Virus record (IMG/VR): IMGVR_UViG_3300033150_001117
From: an uncultured virus (IMG/VR IMGVR_UViG_3300033150_001117)
Lineage: Duplodnaviria; Heunggongvirae; Uroviricota; Caudoviricetes
Reading direction: 5' to 3' (one strand)
DNA: 20,000 nucleotides
The translations under genes were made by a program, and so were the position numbers. Position 1 is the stretch's first letter, and the number at the start of each line of letters is the position of its first letter. This document shows, piece by piece, positions 7,154-15,440 of this stretch. The notes beneath the pieces are model-generated. The model saw only the letters and a list, made by a program, of their open reading frames with translations. It was not told the origin of the DNA and searched no databases.

Positions 7154-7882
7154 TCAGCGGACGGTGAAGCCGCCGCACTCGCCCTGCTTCTTCTCCGCTC
7201 GCATCTCGCACAACCCGATGTACTGCCCCGCGTGCATGAAGAGGTTCGTTATCTGCTCTTCAGTAAGCACCGCCCGGTTGAACTTGATGCGGAGCGTGAT
7301 CGTCCAGCCGTGAAACATGGGCCGGTGGCGCATGTCGGGAACGGTCTTGACGCAGCTACCGATATTCACGGCCCGCACGTCGCGCTCCAGCTTCTCGAAT
7401 TGCAGCTCGCAGAGCCCGGCCTCGTCGGCCATCACTTGAAAGGACTTGGCTATCAAGCCGATCGTCGTGTTGTCCGTGATCCCCGTGGTGCGGATGGCCG
7501 AGCAAACACACTTTTGGATGCCGCTCGCAGGGATGCCGTATTTCGCCTTCGGGTGCGGCGGCCGCTGCTTGCTGCTCGGCATGACATAAAACGCCTTGGC
7601 ATATGCCTCGTCGTGACTGGCCCGAGGTTTCTTTACGTGGCCCGCCTTCCCGCGGCCGCCGTACTGTCCGGCAATCTCTTCGGCCACGTTCATCTTGTTG
7701 TTGACGAGCAGCGGCCGATCGCCGACCAACAACAGGGTCATCTCACCTTGCTGCAAAGGCGGGATCACTACGGTCTTGGTCTCCGCCTTGCCTTTCGCGG
7801 AGGCCGGCTTCAAGCTACCCTTGCCGTCCCGGTTAGTAACGGGCTTCGCCGCGACTCTTCGCGTTTCGGAAGTTGTACGCAT
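7154..7882 (-). CDS. Stand-alone RAMP/Cas7-like RNA-binding protein (Vipr-like), 242 aa
   Basis: RAMP hallmarks: first strand LLLVGDRPLLVN, YGIPASGIQKCVCSA (cf. IPGSSLKG), RHRPMFHGWTITLRIKF, and C-terminal G-rich loop AGQYIGLCEMR..K.GECGGFTV. GAAAGGA RBS before ATG 7882. Confidence 0.75.
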   Translation of the reverse strand: MRTTSETRRVAAKPVTNRDGKGSLKPASAKGKAETKTVVIPPLQQGEMTLLLVGDRPLLVNNKMNVAEEIAGQYGGRGKAGHVKKPRASHDEAYAKAFYVMPSSKQRPPHPKAKYGIPASGIQKCVCSAIRTTGITDNTTIGLIAKSFQVMADEAGLCELQFEKLERDVRAVNIGSCVKTVPDMRHRPMFHGWTITLRIKFNRAVLTEEQITNLFMHAGQYIGLCEMRAEKKQGECGGFTVR

Positions 7883-8031
7883 GGTTAATTGTCCTTTCGA
7901 TTGAGGAACCGTGAATTGAATACCTTGAAACTGTCCGCCCGCCCGGAGCCGGCTACGCCGCCGGCGCCCGGCGACCACACTCCGATTCTCAGGGATTTTA
8001 CCGGGCCGAGCCCGGGCGAGCGGCACGATCG

Positions 8032-8271
8032 TCAGTTGTCTCCTGCCTCCTGACTCCCGGCTCCCTGGCTCCTGGTTGCCTCAAGCAATGCGTTGCACCG
8101 CTTGGCGACGGCCAGGAGCCCGGCCACCGCGTTCTCGGCCTTGTCCAGTAACACGTCGTCGGATTCGTACTGCTTGTAAAGCAGCACCAGGTCGATCGCG
8201 CGATCCAACTGATCGCAGTCCTTCTGCGTCGGCTCGGGGCGAGTCTTGCCCGCCACTGTCTTCGGCTTCAT
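8032..8271 (-). CDS. Hypothetical protein
   Basis: 79 aa with AAGGAGG RBS. Confidence 0.65.
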   Translation of the reverse strand: MKPKTVAGKTRPEPTQKDCDQLDRAIDLVLLYKQYESDDVLLDKAENAVAGLLAVAKRCNALLEATRSQGAGSQEAGDN

Positions 8272-8306
8272 GACGTCCTCCTTCGATTTTGCAGCCGAGC
8301 CCGAGC

Positions 8307-10214
8307 CTAACGCCAGCCCAGGATGCGGCAGCCGTACTGTTTGGATTGTATCGCCAGATCGTATCCGCCGCGGCGGAATATCGCTCCCTCATCCGTGCGC
8401 TCAGCGATTTCAGGAAACGTCGATTCTTTAGTCGTCTTGTAGGCGACCCAGTCCTGCCCCTCCCGTCTGATGCGGCACTCGACGCCGGCCGGCACCGTGT
8501 AGACGATCTCCAGGTCGCGGAACCCGCATGGCCGGCCACGCCGCTTGGCCATCCACCGGCGCTTGCCGTCCTCAGGCAGGAACGACCAGCCACCCGGCCG
8601 CGTGGCGAGGTGCGTCATCACGTCGCTAGCCTCGGCCAGCGACATCTCCGGATCGAAGCCGCGGCTCCGCAGGATGCGCATCTGCTTGTAGCTGCTGCGG
8701 CCCTCGCGGGACCGCCTGGCCGACTCCGCGAGGAGCTGCCTGGCCTGGGTGTAGCTCAAACCCTTGTCCGGAATGCCGAGCTCCTTGAGTTTGGCCACCT
8801 GATCGTCGTCCGGCGGCAGGCCGCGCCACCAGGCCGGCGACGCCTCCTCGACGAAGCCGACCGCATCGGCGAAGATCACGAACGGGTCGATGGTCTTCCG
8901 CGTGGCCTTGGCCTCGGCGATTACCTTGGCTCGGGCGGCCGCCCGTATGTCGGCGGCCTGCGCCTTGACCGCCAGCACCTCTTCCAGCACGTCGGCCGGT
9001 GTGTCCCCCGCGGCGGCGAACACGCGGGCAGCCGCCTCGTCCCGCAGTTCGGCATCCAACTTCCCGCCGAGCAGATCGGCCGTGGTTGCCAGCTTGTGCT
9101 TGAGCGACGCGCCCACGAGATCAATTACCAGGCAGTCGGTTTTGCCCTCCACCGGAGCCAGCGGCCCGCCCCGCAGGCCTCGCCCGACCATCTGTGCGAG
9201 GAGCATCCGGCTGAGCGTGGGCCTGGCAATCACGATCGCCGATACGGCCGGGAAGTCGGTGCCTTCCAAGAAGACGCCGCAGTTGACCAGCGTTTGGAAC
9301 TCCCGCCGCCGGAACGCCTCGACAATCGCCCGGCGCTCCTCGTCCTTGGTCCCTCCCGACACCCACCGCACGCCCCTGTCCGTGTAGCGAGGCAGAATCT
9401 CCGCGACAAGCTGGGCGACGCGAACGGTCGGCGTGAAGACCAGCGTCTGCCGATCCCCGATCATCGGAACCACCGGGGCCACAATCTTGTGTATCGCCTC
9501 TTCCTGCCCAATTACCGCTTCCAGATCCTCTGCAGACAGGTCGCCGCTGCCCGTCTTGCGGACCTCCGACCAGTCGAGATCGTCTAGCCGGACGTACTGC
9601 TGCTTGACCGGGGCGAGCCAGCCGTCCCGGATACCGTCGATCAGCTCGTAGTGGTACGCAACGTTGTCGAAGAATGTGCCGAGGGGGATCTCGTCCGCAC
9701 GATCAGTGGTAGCGGTAATTCCACATACCTTTGCCGGCTGGAAATAGCCAAGGACTGTCTGGTACGACTCCGCCACAGCATGGTGGCACTCGTCGAGAAT
9801 CACGAAGCCGTGAGCGTCCGGCGCGAACTGCTCGCGCCGGTTCTCTCTCAGCATCGTCTGGATCGAGGCCACGACCACGGCTCGGCCGGCCATCGACGGC
9901 TGCCTGGCAATCGACCGCTCGCCCTTCTCGATGGCTGCCGGTTCGCCGGTGAAATGCTCGCACGCCTCGGCCGCCTGCTCGATCAGCTCGTCGCGGTGGG
10001 CGAGCCAGAGCACGCGCGGAGGCAGCCCGAAGTCTGAGGCCAGGTCGTAGTTGCACCACGCGTCGGCCAGGTACGCGCCGAGGATAGTCTTGCCGGTGCC
10101 GCACGGCATGGAGACCAGCAGGCGATCGTGTTGCCGGAGCTTGGTGCACACCGCGTGCACCGCCTCGTTCTGGTAGGCGCGGAGTTCGATCATGCCAGGT
10201 ACTTGTTCCCGCAT
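8307..10214 (-). CDS. Superfamily 2 DExH helicase (ResIII/IRC3/YejH-like)
   Basis: Q motif LRAYQ, Walker A MPCGTGKT, LAHRDEL, DECHH, GITAT, FLEGTD and QMVGRGLR. Confidence 0.92.
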   Translation of the reverse strand: MREQVPGMIELRAYQNEAVHAVCTKLRQHDRLLVSMPCGTGKTILGAYLADAWCNYDLASDFGLPPRVLWLAHRDELIEQAAEACEHFTGEPAAIEKGERSIARQPSMAGRAVVVASIQTMLRENRREQFAPDAHGFVILDECHHAVAESYQTVLGYFQPAKVCGITATTDRADEIPLGTFFDNVAYHYELIDGIRDGWLAPVKQQYVRLDDLDWSEVRKTGSGDLSAEDLEAVIGQEEAIHKIVAPVVPMIGDRQTLVFTPTVRVAQLVAEILPRYTDRGVRWVSGGTKDEERRAIVEAFRRREFQTLVNCGVFLEGTDFPAVSAIVIARPTLSRMLLAQMVGRGLRGGPLAPVEGKTDCLVIDLVGASLKHKLATTADLLGGKLDAELRDEAAARVFAAAGDTPADVLEEVLAVKAQAADIRAAARAKVIAEAKATRKTIDPFVIFADAVGFVEEASPAWWRGLPPDDDQVAKLKELGIPDKGLSYTQARQLLAESARRSREGRSSYKQMRILRSRGFDPEMSLAEASDVMTHLATRPGGWSFLPEDGKRRWMAKRRGRPCGFRDLEIVYTVPAGVECRIRREGQDWVAYKTTKESTFPEIAERTDEGAIFRRGGYDLAIQSKQYGCRILGWR

Positions 10215-10224
10215 CGAGGTCTTG

Positions 10225-10479
10225 TCATTTTTCAGTAATCGCCCTTGCTATTCCAACCAGGATGACGCCGAGTACTTGGCACGGCACGTAGACCCAGTAT
10301 AGGACCCAGGTCCAGACTGGCATTTCATTTGCGTTCAGTACCATGAACAGCAGGATGAGCCATATTGGAGTTGTGATTAGAAGGTTCCACATAACACACA
10401 GGCAACCGATCGTCTGTTTTCGGACATTTTGATTATTTGTCATCTTCAATTTCTTCCTTCGTTTATTTGGCCGTTTCAT
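10225..10479 (-). CDS. Small two-helix membrane protein
   Basis: Basic N-terminus and two hydrophobic segments; ATGA-coupled to the upstream gene. Confidence 0.65.
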   Translation of the reverse strand: MKRPNKRRKKLKMTNNQNVRKQTIGCLCVMWNLLITTPIWLILLFMVLNANEMPVWTWVLYWVYVPCQVLGVILVGIARAITEK

Positions 10480-11384
10480 GCCAGGTACTTCGCCTCGTAC
10501 CGCGGTTTCGTCAGCCAGCCTTTCCCGCTACAACGGTCGCAGGAGGCCCGCAGCTTCCCTGCCTCCCGGCACTCCGGGCAAACGACGTGCGGCATCGCGT
10601 CTCGGACGTGCTTGCGAATCTCGTTCACCCAGCCGGCTATGACCTTGGGCTCGATCCCTTCGCCCGCCCCGCTGGGCAGCTTTGCCAGCCGCTCAGCAGG
10701 CTCGATCACGGCCTCTGAGAGGCCGTCCCAATAGCCGACGATCCCCAGGCGGTCGACGAACACCTGGCGGCACCAGCCCGGCACTTCGTCGTCGAGCTTA
10801 TCGAAAACCGGCTCGCCCAACTTGGGTGCCCCCTTCTTCTTCCGGCCGCCTTTCCCCCCTATCGCCGAGGTCTCCAGTACCTGGCCGGTCTTTGCCCGGC
10901 GGCGCTTGCCTGCTTTGCCTGGCTTGCCGGGTCCGCTTAATAATTTATTAAGAGCCGCCCGGCGCTTCTGGACCATCGAGGTGCTGACGCCGCAGAGCTC
11001 GCCTATCACGCCATCCGTGTTTTCGGCACATTCTTTGTCGGCCAGGCAGTTCTCGACGGCCCGCTTCTTCTCTGCGTTGGTCAAGCGGACCCCGTGTTCG
11101 CGGTTGGCGCCGCTGGCATAGAAGATCGCCTCGCTCCGGGTGCCTTTCCGGACGTCGCAGACTGGCTCTTCGACGCCGATCCGCTTGAGTGCGGCCAGCC
11201 TTTTCACCCCGTCGGCCAACCAGTTGTCTTTGCCGTCGAAGAATACTACCGGGGGAGGCATCGCTTTCTGGTCGAGGCGAAGGGTGTCCGCATACTCGGC
11301 CACGACCGGATCGTCGTCCTGAATCCGAGGCAGGACGCTCGGGTCGATCTCGACCGCATTGACGGGCAACTTCATTTTCGGCAT
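10476..11384 (-). CDS. ParB/Srx N-terminal domain protein with HTH and C-terminal Cys4 finger
   Basis: PPPVVFFDG...LADGVKRLAA, AN..HGVRLT..EK, IGELCGVSTSMV (HTH) and CPEC...CDRC; GGAGGT before ATG 11384. Confidence 0.8.
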   Translation of the reverse strand: MPKMKLPVNAVEIDPSVLPRIQDDDPVVAEYADTLRLDQKAMPPPVVFFDGKDNWLADGVKRLAALKRIGVEEPVCDVRKGTRSEAIFYASGANREHGVRLTNAEKKRAVENCLADKECAENTDGVIGELCGVSTSMVQKRRAALNKLLSGPGKPGKAGKRRRAKTGQVLETSAIGGKGGRKKKGAPKLGEPVFDKLDDEVPGWCRQVFVDRLGIVGYWDGLSEAVIEPAERLAKLPSGAGEGIEPKVIAGWVNEIRKHVRDAMPHVVCPECREAGKLRASCDRCSGKGWLTKPRYEAKYLA

Positions 11385-11425
11385 CGGTCCACCTCCGTTT
11401 CGGGTGCCTTGACTACGGTACACAT

Positions 11426-11566
11426 TATTATACCGTCACGGCAGATGAACCTGACAGCCGGGTTCTCGCGTCGTAAACCCTGAGTTGGCAAGGGGTTAAG
11501 GGGGACCTGATATATTTATTAGGCGGCCGCCGCGGATTTCGCCGGCCCGCCGGCCGTGGTATAATA
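11426..11566. promoter_or_regulatory. Divergent promoter region with back-to-back GGTATAATA elements
   Basis: GGTATAATA on - (11426-11434) and on + (11558-11566, extended TGnTATAAT); AT-rich tract at 11510-11521; switch point of gene orientation. Confidence 0.7.
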
Positions 11567-11571
11567 TAGGA

Positions 11572-11937
11572 ATGAGCTATCTGAGATTGACTCTGCCTTA
11601 CCCGCCGTCGGCGAACCGCCAATGGAGATCCCCCGGCGGCCGGGTCAAGCTGTCCAAGGCCGCGCGGGTCTACCGACAGGACGTCTATGCGGCGGTCGTC
11701 GACCAGCGGGCCAGGTCGCTGAGCGGGCGGCTGATCTGCTCCGTAACGGCCCATCCGCCCGACAAACGGCAGAACCGGGACCTGGATAACGTCGCGTTCA
11801 AGGCCGTCCTGGACGCCCTGGAGACCGCCGGCGTGATCCCCGACGATTCCCAAGTCGTAGAGCTGCACGCGTACTGGGGCAACGTGGACCGCCCTCACGG
11901 GCGTCTTGAGGTAGAGTTGACGGCCCTGAACGAATGA
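11572..11937 (+). CDS. rusA: RusA-family Holliday junction resolvase
   Basis: LPYPPSAN, PPDKR.RDLDN..KAVLDAL and GVIPDDSQV motifs. Confidence 0.92.
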   Translation: MSYLRLTLPYPPSANRQWRSPGGRVKLSKAARVYRQDVYAAVVDQRARSLSGRLICSVTAHPPDKRQNRDLDNVAFKAVLDALETAGVIPDDSQVVELHAYWGNVDRPHGRLEVELTALNE

Positions 11938-11990
11938 GCTATTGTGCTCCGAACTGTTTTCACGTATCTTGCGCAAGGAGGATCGAAGGC

Positions 11991-12719
11991 ATGCGAGACA
12001 ACGGTAAGTTAGTTCTTTTGAGTGGTCTGACGTTTGCCGCCTTGCTGGCCGTTCGGCCGGCCCTCGCCCTGAAGACGCAGCCAACGCCTGCCGCCGCCGA
12101 GGTGGTCGGTCCGTCAGAGGTCGAGCCCGGCATGCCGGCGGTATTCACGCTCCGGGGCATGTCGCACGAGCACATCGGCGATTTCGACTGGCAGCTCTTC
12201 CGCAAGCCCAAGGATGCGATGGTGCTCGACCTCGCCGACCGAGCGGGTAACCCGGTGATGGTGGTCTGGACTAAGACGACAGGTGTCTATGCGATCATCG
12301 CCGATGTGAACGTGCCCGGCGAGTATCGGCTGATTATCCACGAGTTCACAGTTGGGGGACCTGTGCCCCCGCCGCCCCCTCCGCCGCCTATTACCGACGT
12401 GGCGACGCGGGTGCTGGCGCTCGCCCGGAAGGTGCCCGGCGGCGCGGCGCAGGTACGCAAGGAGTGCCGCACTCTGGCTGCGGCGTACCGCGGTCTGGCG
12501 GCCAAGATCGAGGCCTTGACGCTGGTCAAGCGGGACGAGATGCCGGTCAAGGTACGGGAGGCAAATAAGTCGGCCCTCGGGACCAGGCTGGCCGACTGGC
12601 AGCCGTTCGTTAAGGAGTGGGGCAAAATGATGGATGAATTAGAGCCCGAGCGGGGGCAGACGATTGCCGCGATAGGCAAGCTCCTGGCAGAGAGCGCCGA
12701 AGGGCTCGCGGCGTACTGA
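11991..12719 (+). CDS. Secreted/membrane-anchored protein: signal peptide, Ig/PKD-like beta domain, poly-Pro linker, helical domain
   Basis: Hydrophobic N-terminus ending ALA, VVGPSEVEPG beta-sandwich start, PVPPPPPPPP linker; alternative start at 11934. Confidence 0.7.
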   Translation: MRDNGKLVLLSGLTFAALLAVRPALALKTQPTPAAAEVVGPSEVEPGMPAVFTLRGMSHEHIGDFDWQLFRKPKDAMVLDLADRAGNPVMVVWTKTTGVYAIIADVNVPGEYRLIIHEFTVGGPVPPPPPPPPITDVATRVLALARKVPGGAAQVRKECRTLAAAYRGLAAKIEALTLVKRDEMPVKVREANKSALGTRLADWQPFVKEWGKMMDELEPERGQTIAAIGKLLAESAEGLAAY

Positions 12720-12765
12720 ACTCAAGGCGGCGACTGACAGTGCGTAACTACAGGGAGATCTTGCA

Positions 12766-13854
12766 ATGGACTTCGTAAAGCTGGTTCCGGCCAGCAACAC
12801 GCTGGCGAACTACTTGGATCTCAACGCCGACGTAGTCGCGACGAGGGGACTACGATGGGCGATGGGCCTGATGGTCAAGCGGGCATACGACCGGGGTTTT
12901 GTCGGCTGCTTCTGCCGGGAGGGGCCGGACTGGGCCCGGAAAATTGAGGCCTACGAGGCCGACAGGTTCCGTCGGGAGAGCGGTCCGAACGCGAGCCTGC
13001 TCGACCAGATCGGTTCCAGGCTGCAGGACGGCTCGGGCAAGCGGTCGCCGCCGCTGGCCCTGGCTACCAGGTTCGATCCGCGAGCGCTGCGAGGAAATCA
13101 AGCATATGGTAATTGTACGGCAGCGTCCCTCGGTTGGGACGCGATGAACATGCTCAATGCGATCGAGGTAGCAATCAAGGAAGAGCCGCAGCGTTTCGGC
13201 GAGCCGTTCGCTACCGCGTTGATCTACGGCAGCCGCGGCCACGGCGGCCAGGGCATGGCCCTCTCGACAGCGGCCAATACGGCGGCCCGGTGGGGCGTCA
13301 GCCGCCGGAAGCTCTACTGCGGTCGGTACGACTGCCGTGAAGAGGATCGCGACGAGAACTACGGCAATTCGTGGGGAGACGGCGGGGTGCCGCAATGCCT
13401 GGCTGACGAGTGCAAGGCGGACGGGGTGGTGACGAAGGTCGGCTCGTTGCCGCGGCTCGATGGGAAGATGCTCAAGGATCTGCTTTACAGCGGCGTGATG
13501 ATCCACCACGGCGGCACGCTGACCGGGACCCGGTCGGGCGATCCGCTGACTCGTTTGACCGACGTCGGCCCGCACGCCCAGACGACCCTTGGCTACGACG
13601 ACACAGACGAAGCCCGGGAGCATTGTAGTCTGCCGGATGATGAGTTCGTTGTGTTCCAGCAGCAAACGTGGGGCGACTACTTCTCCATCTCCCGGTGGCG
13701 GCCCGATCTCTGGGGCGACTACGTGCCTGGCACCTGGCCATTGAAGGCAAGCGACGCCCTGTGGGTCGTCAACCAAGGTGGTTACGGGTACTATACTCTC
13801 GACGGTCTGAAGCCGAGCGACCTCGACTGGTCGGACATTTTAGAGCAAGGCTGA
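12766..13854 (+). CDS. Papain-like (clan CA) cysteine peptidase
   Basis: NQAYGNCTAAS (oxyanion Gln and catalytic Cys), HAQTTLGYDD (His) and QQTWG (cf. NSWG); GGGAG RBS. Confidence 0.75.
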   Translation: MDFVKLVPASNTLANYLDLNADVVATRGLRWAMGLMVKRAYDRGFVGCFCREGPDWARKIEAYEADRFRRESGPNASLLDQIGSRLQDGSGKRSPPLALATRFDPRALRGNQAYGNCTAASLGWDAMNMLNAIEVAIKEEPQRFGEPFATALIYGSRGHGGQGMALSTAANTAARWGVSRRKLYCGRYDCREEDRDENYGNSWGDGGVPQCLADECKADGVVTKVGSLPRLDGKMLKDLLYSGVMIHHGGTLTGTRSGDPLTRLTDVGPHAQTTLGYDDTDEAREHCSLPDDEFVVFQQQTWGDYFSISRWRPDLWGDYVPGTWPLKASDALWVVNQGGYGYYTLDGLKPSDLDWSDILEQG

Positions 13855-13858
13855 CGCT

Positions 13859-14134
13859 ATGACGGCGGTTCTGATTTCTGTCGCCTGTTTCGGTGGAATG
13901 TGGTCCGCCGCTACGGTGAATGATCTGGATTGGGCGCTGGTCTCATTTCGTCGCCCAGCCGCCGCCGAGCACACCGGCCAACCAATCGTGCGACCGGTGC
14001 GGCTGCCGGCGAGAACCACGCGGCCGCCTTGCGGCTGCACCAGGTCGGCGATCCACCGATCAAGCGGGACCGTTGCTGGCCGGCGGGCTGCCGGCCTCGT
14101 CCCGTCGTTGTTTCCCAAACTGTTCCGACGCTAA
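13859..14134 (+). CDS. Small putative secreted basic protein
   Basis: Hydrophobic N-terminus and Arg-rich tail LFPKLFRR; fills the gap between neighbouring genes. Confidence 0.45.
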   Translation: MTAVLISVACFGGMWSAATVNDLDWALVSFRRPAAAEHTGQPIVRPVRLPARTTRPPCGCTRSAIHRSSGTVAGRRAAGLVPSLFPKLFRR

Positions 14135-14155
14135 CCTTTTCACAGGAGGCCGAAC

Positions 14156-14455
14156 ATGGCCCTCACGCCTTACCCAGAGCTGTCGATTGAGGCAATCACG
14201 AACCTCATTCGCATCACCAAAGCCAAGACTTTCGTCGAGGAGAAGGTCCTGTTCGCCTCCTCCGCGTGGAACCTGGCTGGGTCAGTCCTGTCCATCGTGG
14301 TCGGCGAGCTGCCGCAGGCAGACGCCCTGCCAGCCGAGTTGACCGAGCTGAAAACCGCGCTTGCGCAAATGCAGGCCGCCGAGGCCATGCCTGTTTGGCT
14401 GGCGTTGCTGGTCGACCTGCTGTTGAAGCTGCTCCGCGAGCTGTTGCCGGACTGA
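14156..14455 (+). CDS. Small protein with hydrophobic C-terminal helix
   Basis: AGGAGG RBS; VWLALLVDLLLKLL; TGATG-coupled to the next gene. Confidence 0.7.
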   Translation: MALTPYPELSIEAITNLIRITKAKTFVEEKVLFASSAWNLAGSVLSIVVGELPQADALPAELTELKTALAQMQAAEAMPVWLALLVDLLLKLLRELLPD

Positions 14456-14649
14456 TGCCCAACCAAACTTACGACACGGCCGAGGCCGCTGACGTGCTCG
14501 GCGTCTGCGAGGTAACCGTGCAACGCTACTGTCGCCGGCTCGGCCTCGGGCGGCGGGTCCGGGGCCGTTGGCGGATCGGGGCCGGCGAGCTGCGGGAATT
14601 CCGGCGGCGCAGGCCCCAGCGGGGGCGGCCCCGAAAAGTTGCGTCCTAA
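14455..14649 (+). CDS. Excisionase/MerR-like HTH (HTH_17) DNA-binding protein with AT-hook-like tail
   Basis: MPNQTYDTAEAADVLGVCEVTVQRYCRR...WRI...RGRPRK; true start at 14455 inside track ORF 14266-14649. Confidence 0.8.
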   Translation: MPNQTYDTAEAADVLGVCEVTVQRYCRRLGLGRRVRGRWRIGAGELREFRRRRPQRGRPRKVAS

Positions 14650-14687
14650 GTCCTTGCTGCACAGGGAGTTACGAACCCAGAATTGTC

Positions 14688-14716
14688 TTGACAAAAGGTC
14701 CCGTATACAGTATCCT
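14688..14716 (+). promoter_or_regulatory. Sigma70-type promoter
   Basis: TTGACA (14688-14693), 17 bp spacer, TATCCT (14711-14716), followed by an AT-rich stretch. Confidence 0.7.
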
Positions 14717-14756
14717 TTAATAATAAGGAGCGGGACATGCGAGCGACGATCAAAAC

Positions 14757-14811
14757 CCGAGGCCCCTGCCGGCAAGAGCATGTCCCGCTCCCCGGTGGGG
14801 GCTTCGTTTTT
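14757..14811 (+). terminator. Intrinsic terminator-like stem in the leader (possible attenuator)
   Basis: CGAGGCCCCTGCCGG pairs with CCGGTGGGGGCTTCG (14792-14806; three G-U pairs), followed by TTTTT. Confidence 0.5.
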
Positions 14812-14824
14812 CGAGAGGAGTGGG

Positions 14825-15202
14825 ATGGTGAGTAAGAAAAGCTACGAAACGACCAAGCTGCAAGACAAGCTGGCCGAGCGGCTGGCGGCAACCAAATGGA
14901 CGCCGGGGGGCCGGACCTTTGCCGGCCGCTGGTGGGGACGCGGCCAGCAGGCCGAGCGATTCTATTTTGGCGAATCGGCCACGTGGAGAAAGAACGGGAA
15001 GCGGGTGCGAGGCATCCGTGTCTGGCTGCAGTTCGACGATCCGGCCACGCTCGATGGTGTCATGCTGCAAGTCGAGGCGCCCAAGGCGTGGTACCGTTCG
15101 ACGCTGGCGGAGCGGCACACGAAGGCTGCGCTGATCGCGATCGAATTGGCCGATCACGCGAAGGACGCGCTGATCGCGACATGGTTGGCCCCCAACTGCT
15201 GA
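14825..15202 (+). CDS. Hypothetical protein
   Basis: GAGGAG RBS at ~14815-14820 before ATG 14825/GTG 14828. Confidence 0.65.
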   Translation: MVSKKSYETTKLQDKLAERLAATKWTPGGRTFAGRWWGRGQQAERFYFGESATWRKNGKRVRGIRVWLQFDDPATLDGVMLQVEAPKAWYRSTLAERHTKAALIAIELADHAKDALIATWLAPNC

Positions 15203-15251
15203 GGAGCGGATCGAGTTGCTTTAACGAACATCAAAACAAGGAGCAAGTGCA

Positions 15252-15440
15252 ATGCGAAAAACTGAACGATTGCCACGCCGGGAGTTTCTCAACTGTTGTC
15301 CGGAGGAAAGCCTTGAGGACTTCCGACGCCGACTGGAGGAACAGTGGGAACACGGCTGTGAGGAAGTCGAGTTCACCGTTGACTCGATGGGGCGGATCGA
15401 CAGCGAGTCAAGTCCTCGACCAGCCTGCCCGGAGAAATGA
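15252..15440 (+). CDS. Small acidic hypothetical protein
   Basis: AAGGAG RBS; ATGA-coupled to the XRE gene. Confidence 0.6.
   Translation: MRKTERLPRREFLNCCPEESLEDFRRRLEEQWEHGCEEVEFTVDSMGRIDSESSPRPACPEK

Noticed and set aside
6451..7211. ORFs across the pentamer array (e.g. 6451-7167+, 6634-6891-, 6894-7211-)
   Set aside because: Low-complexity translations of a 5-nt period repeat with no frame preference; artefacts.
1583..8309. TAG stop reassignment (plausible-looking read-through after TAG at 1583, ~3417 and 8307)
   Set aside because: No conserved gene is interrupted by an in-frame TAG and no suppressor tRNA is seen; the evidence is anecdotal.
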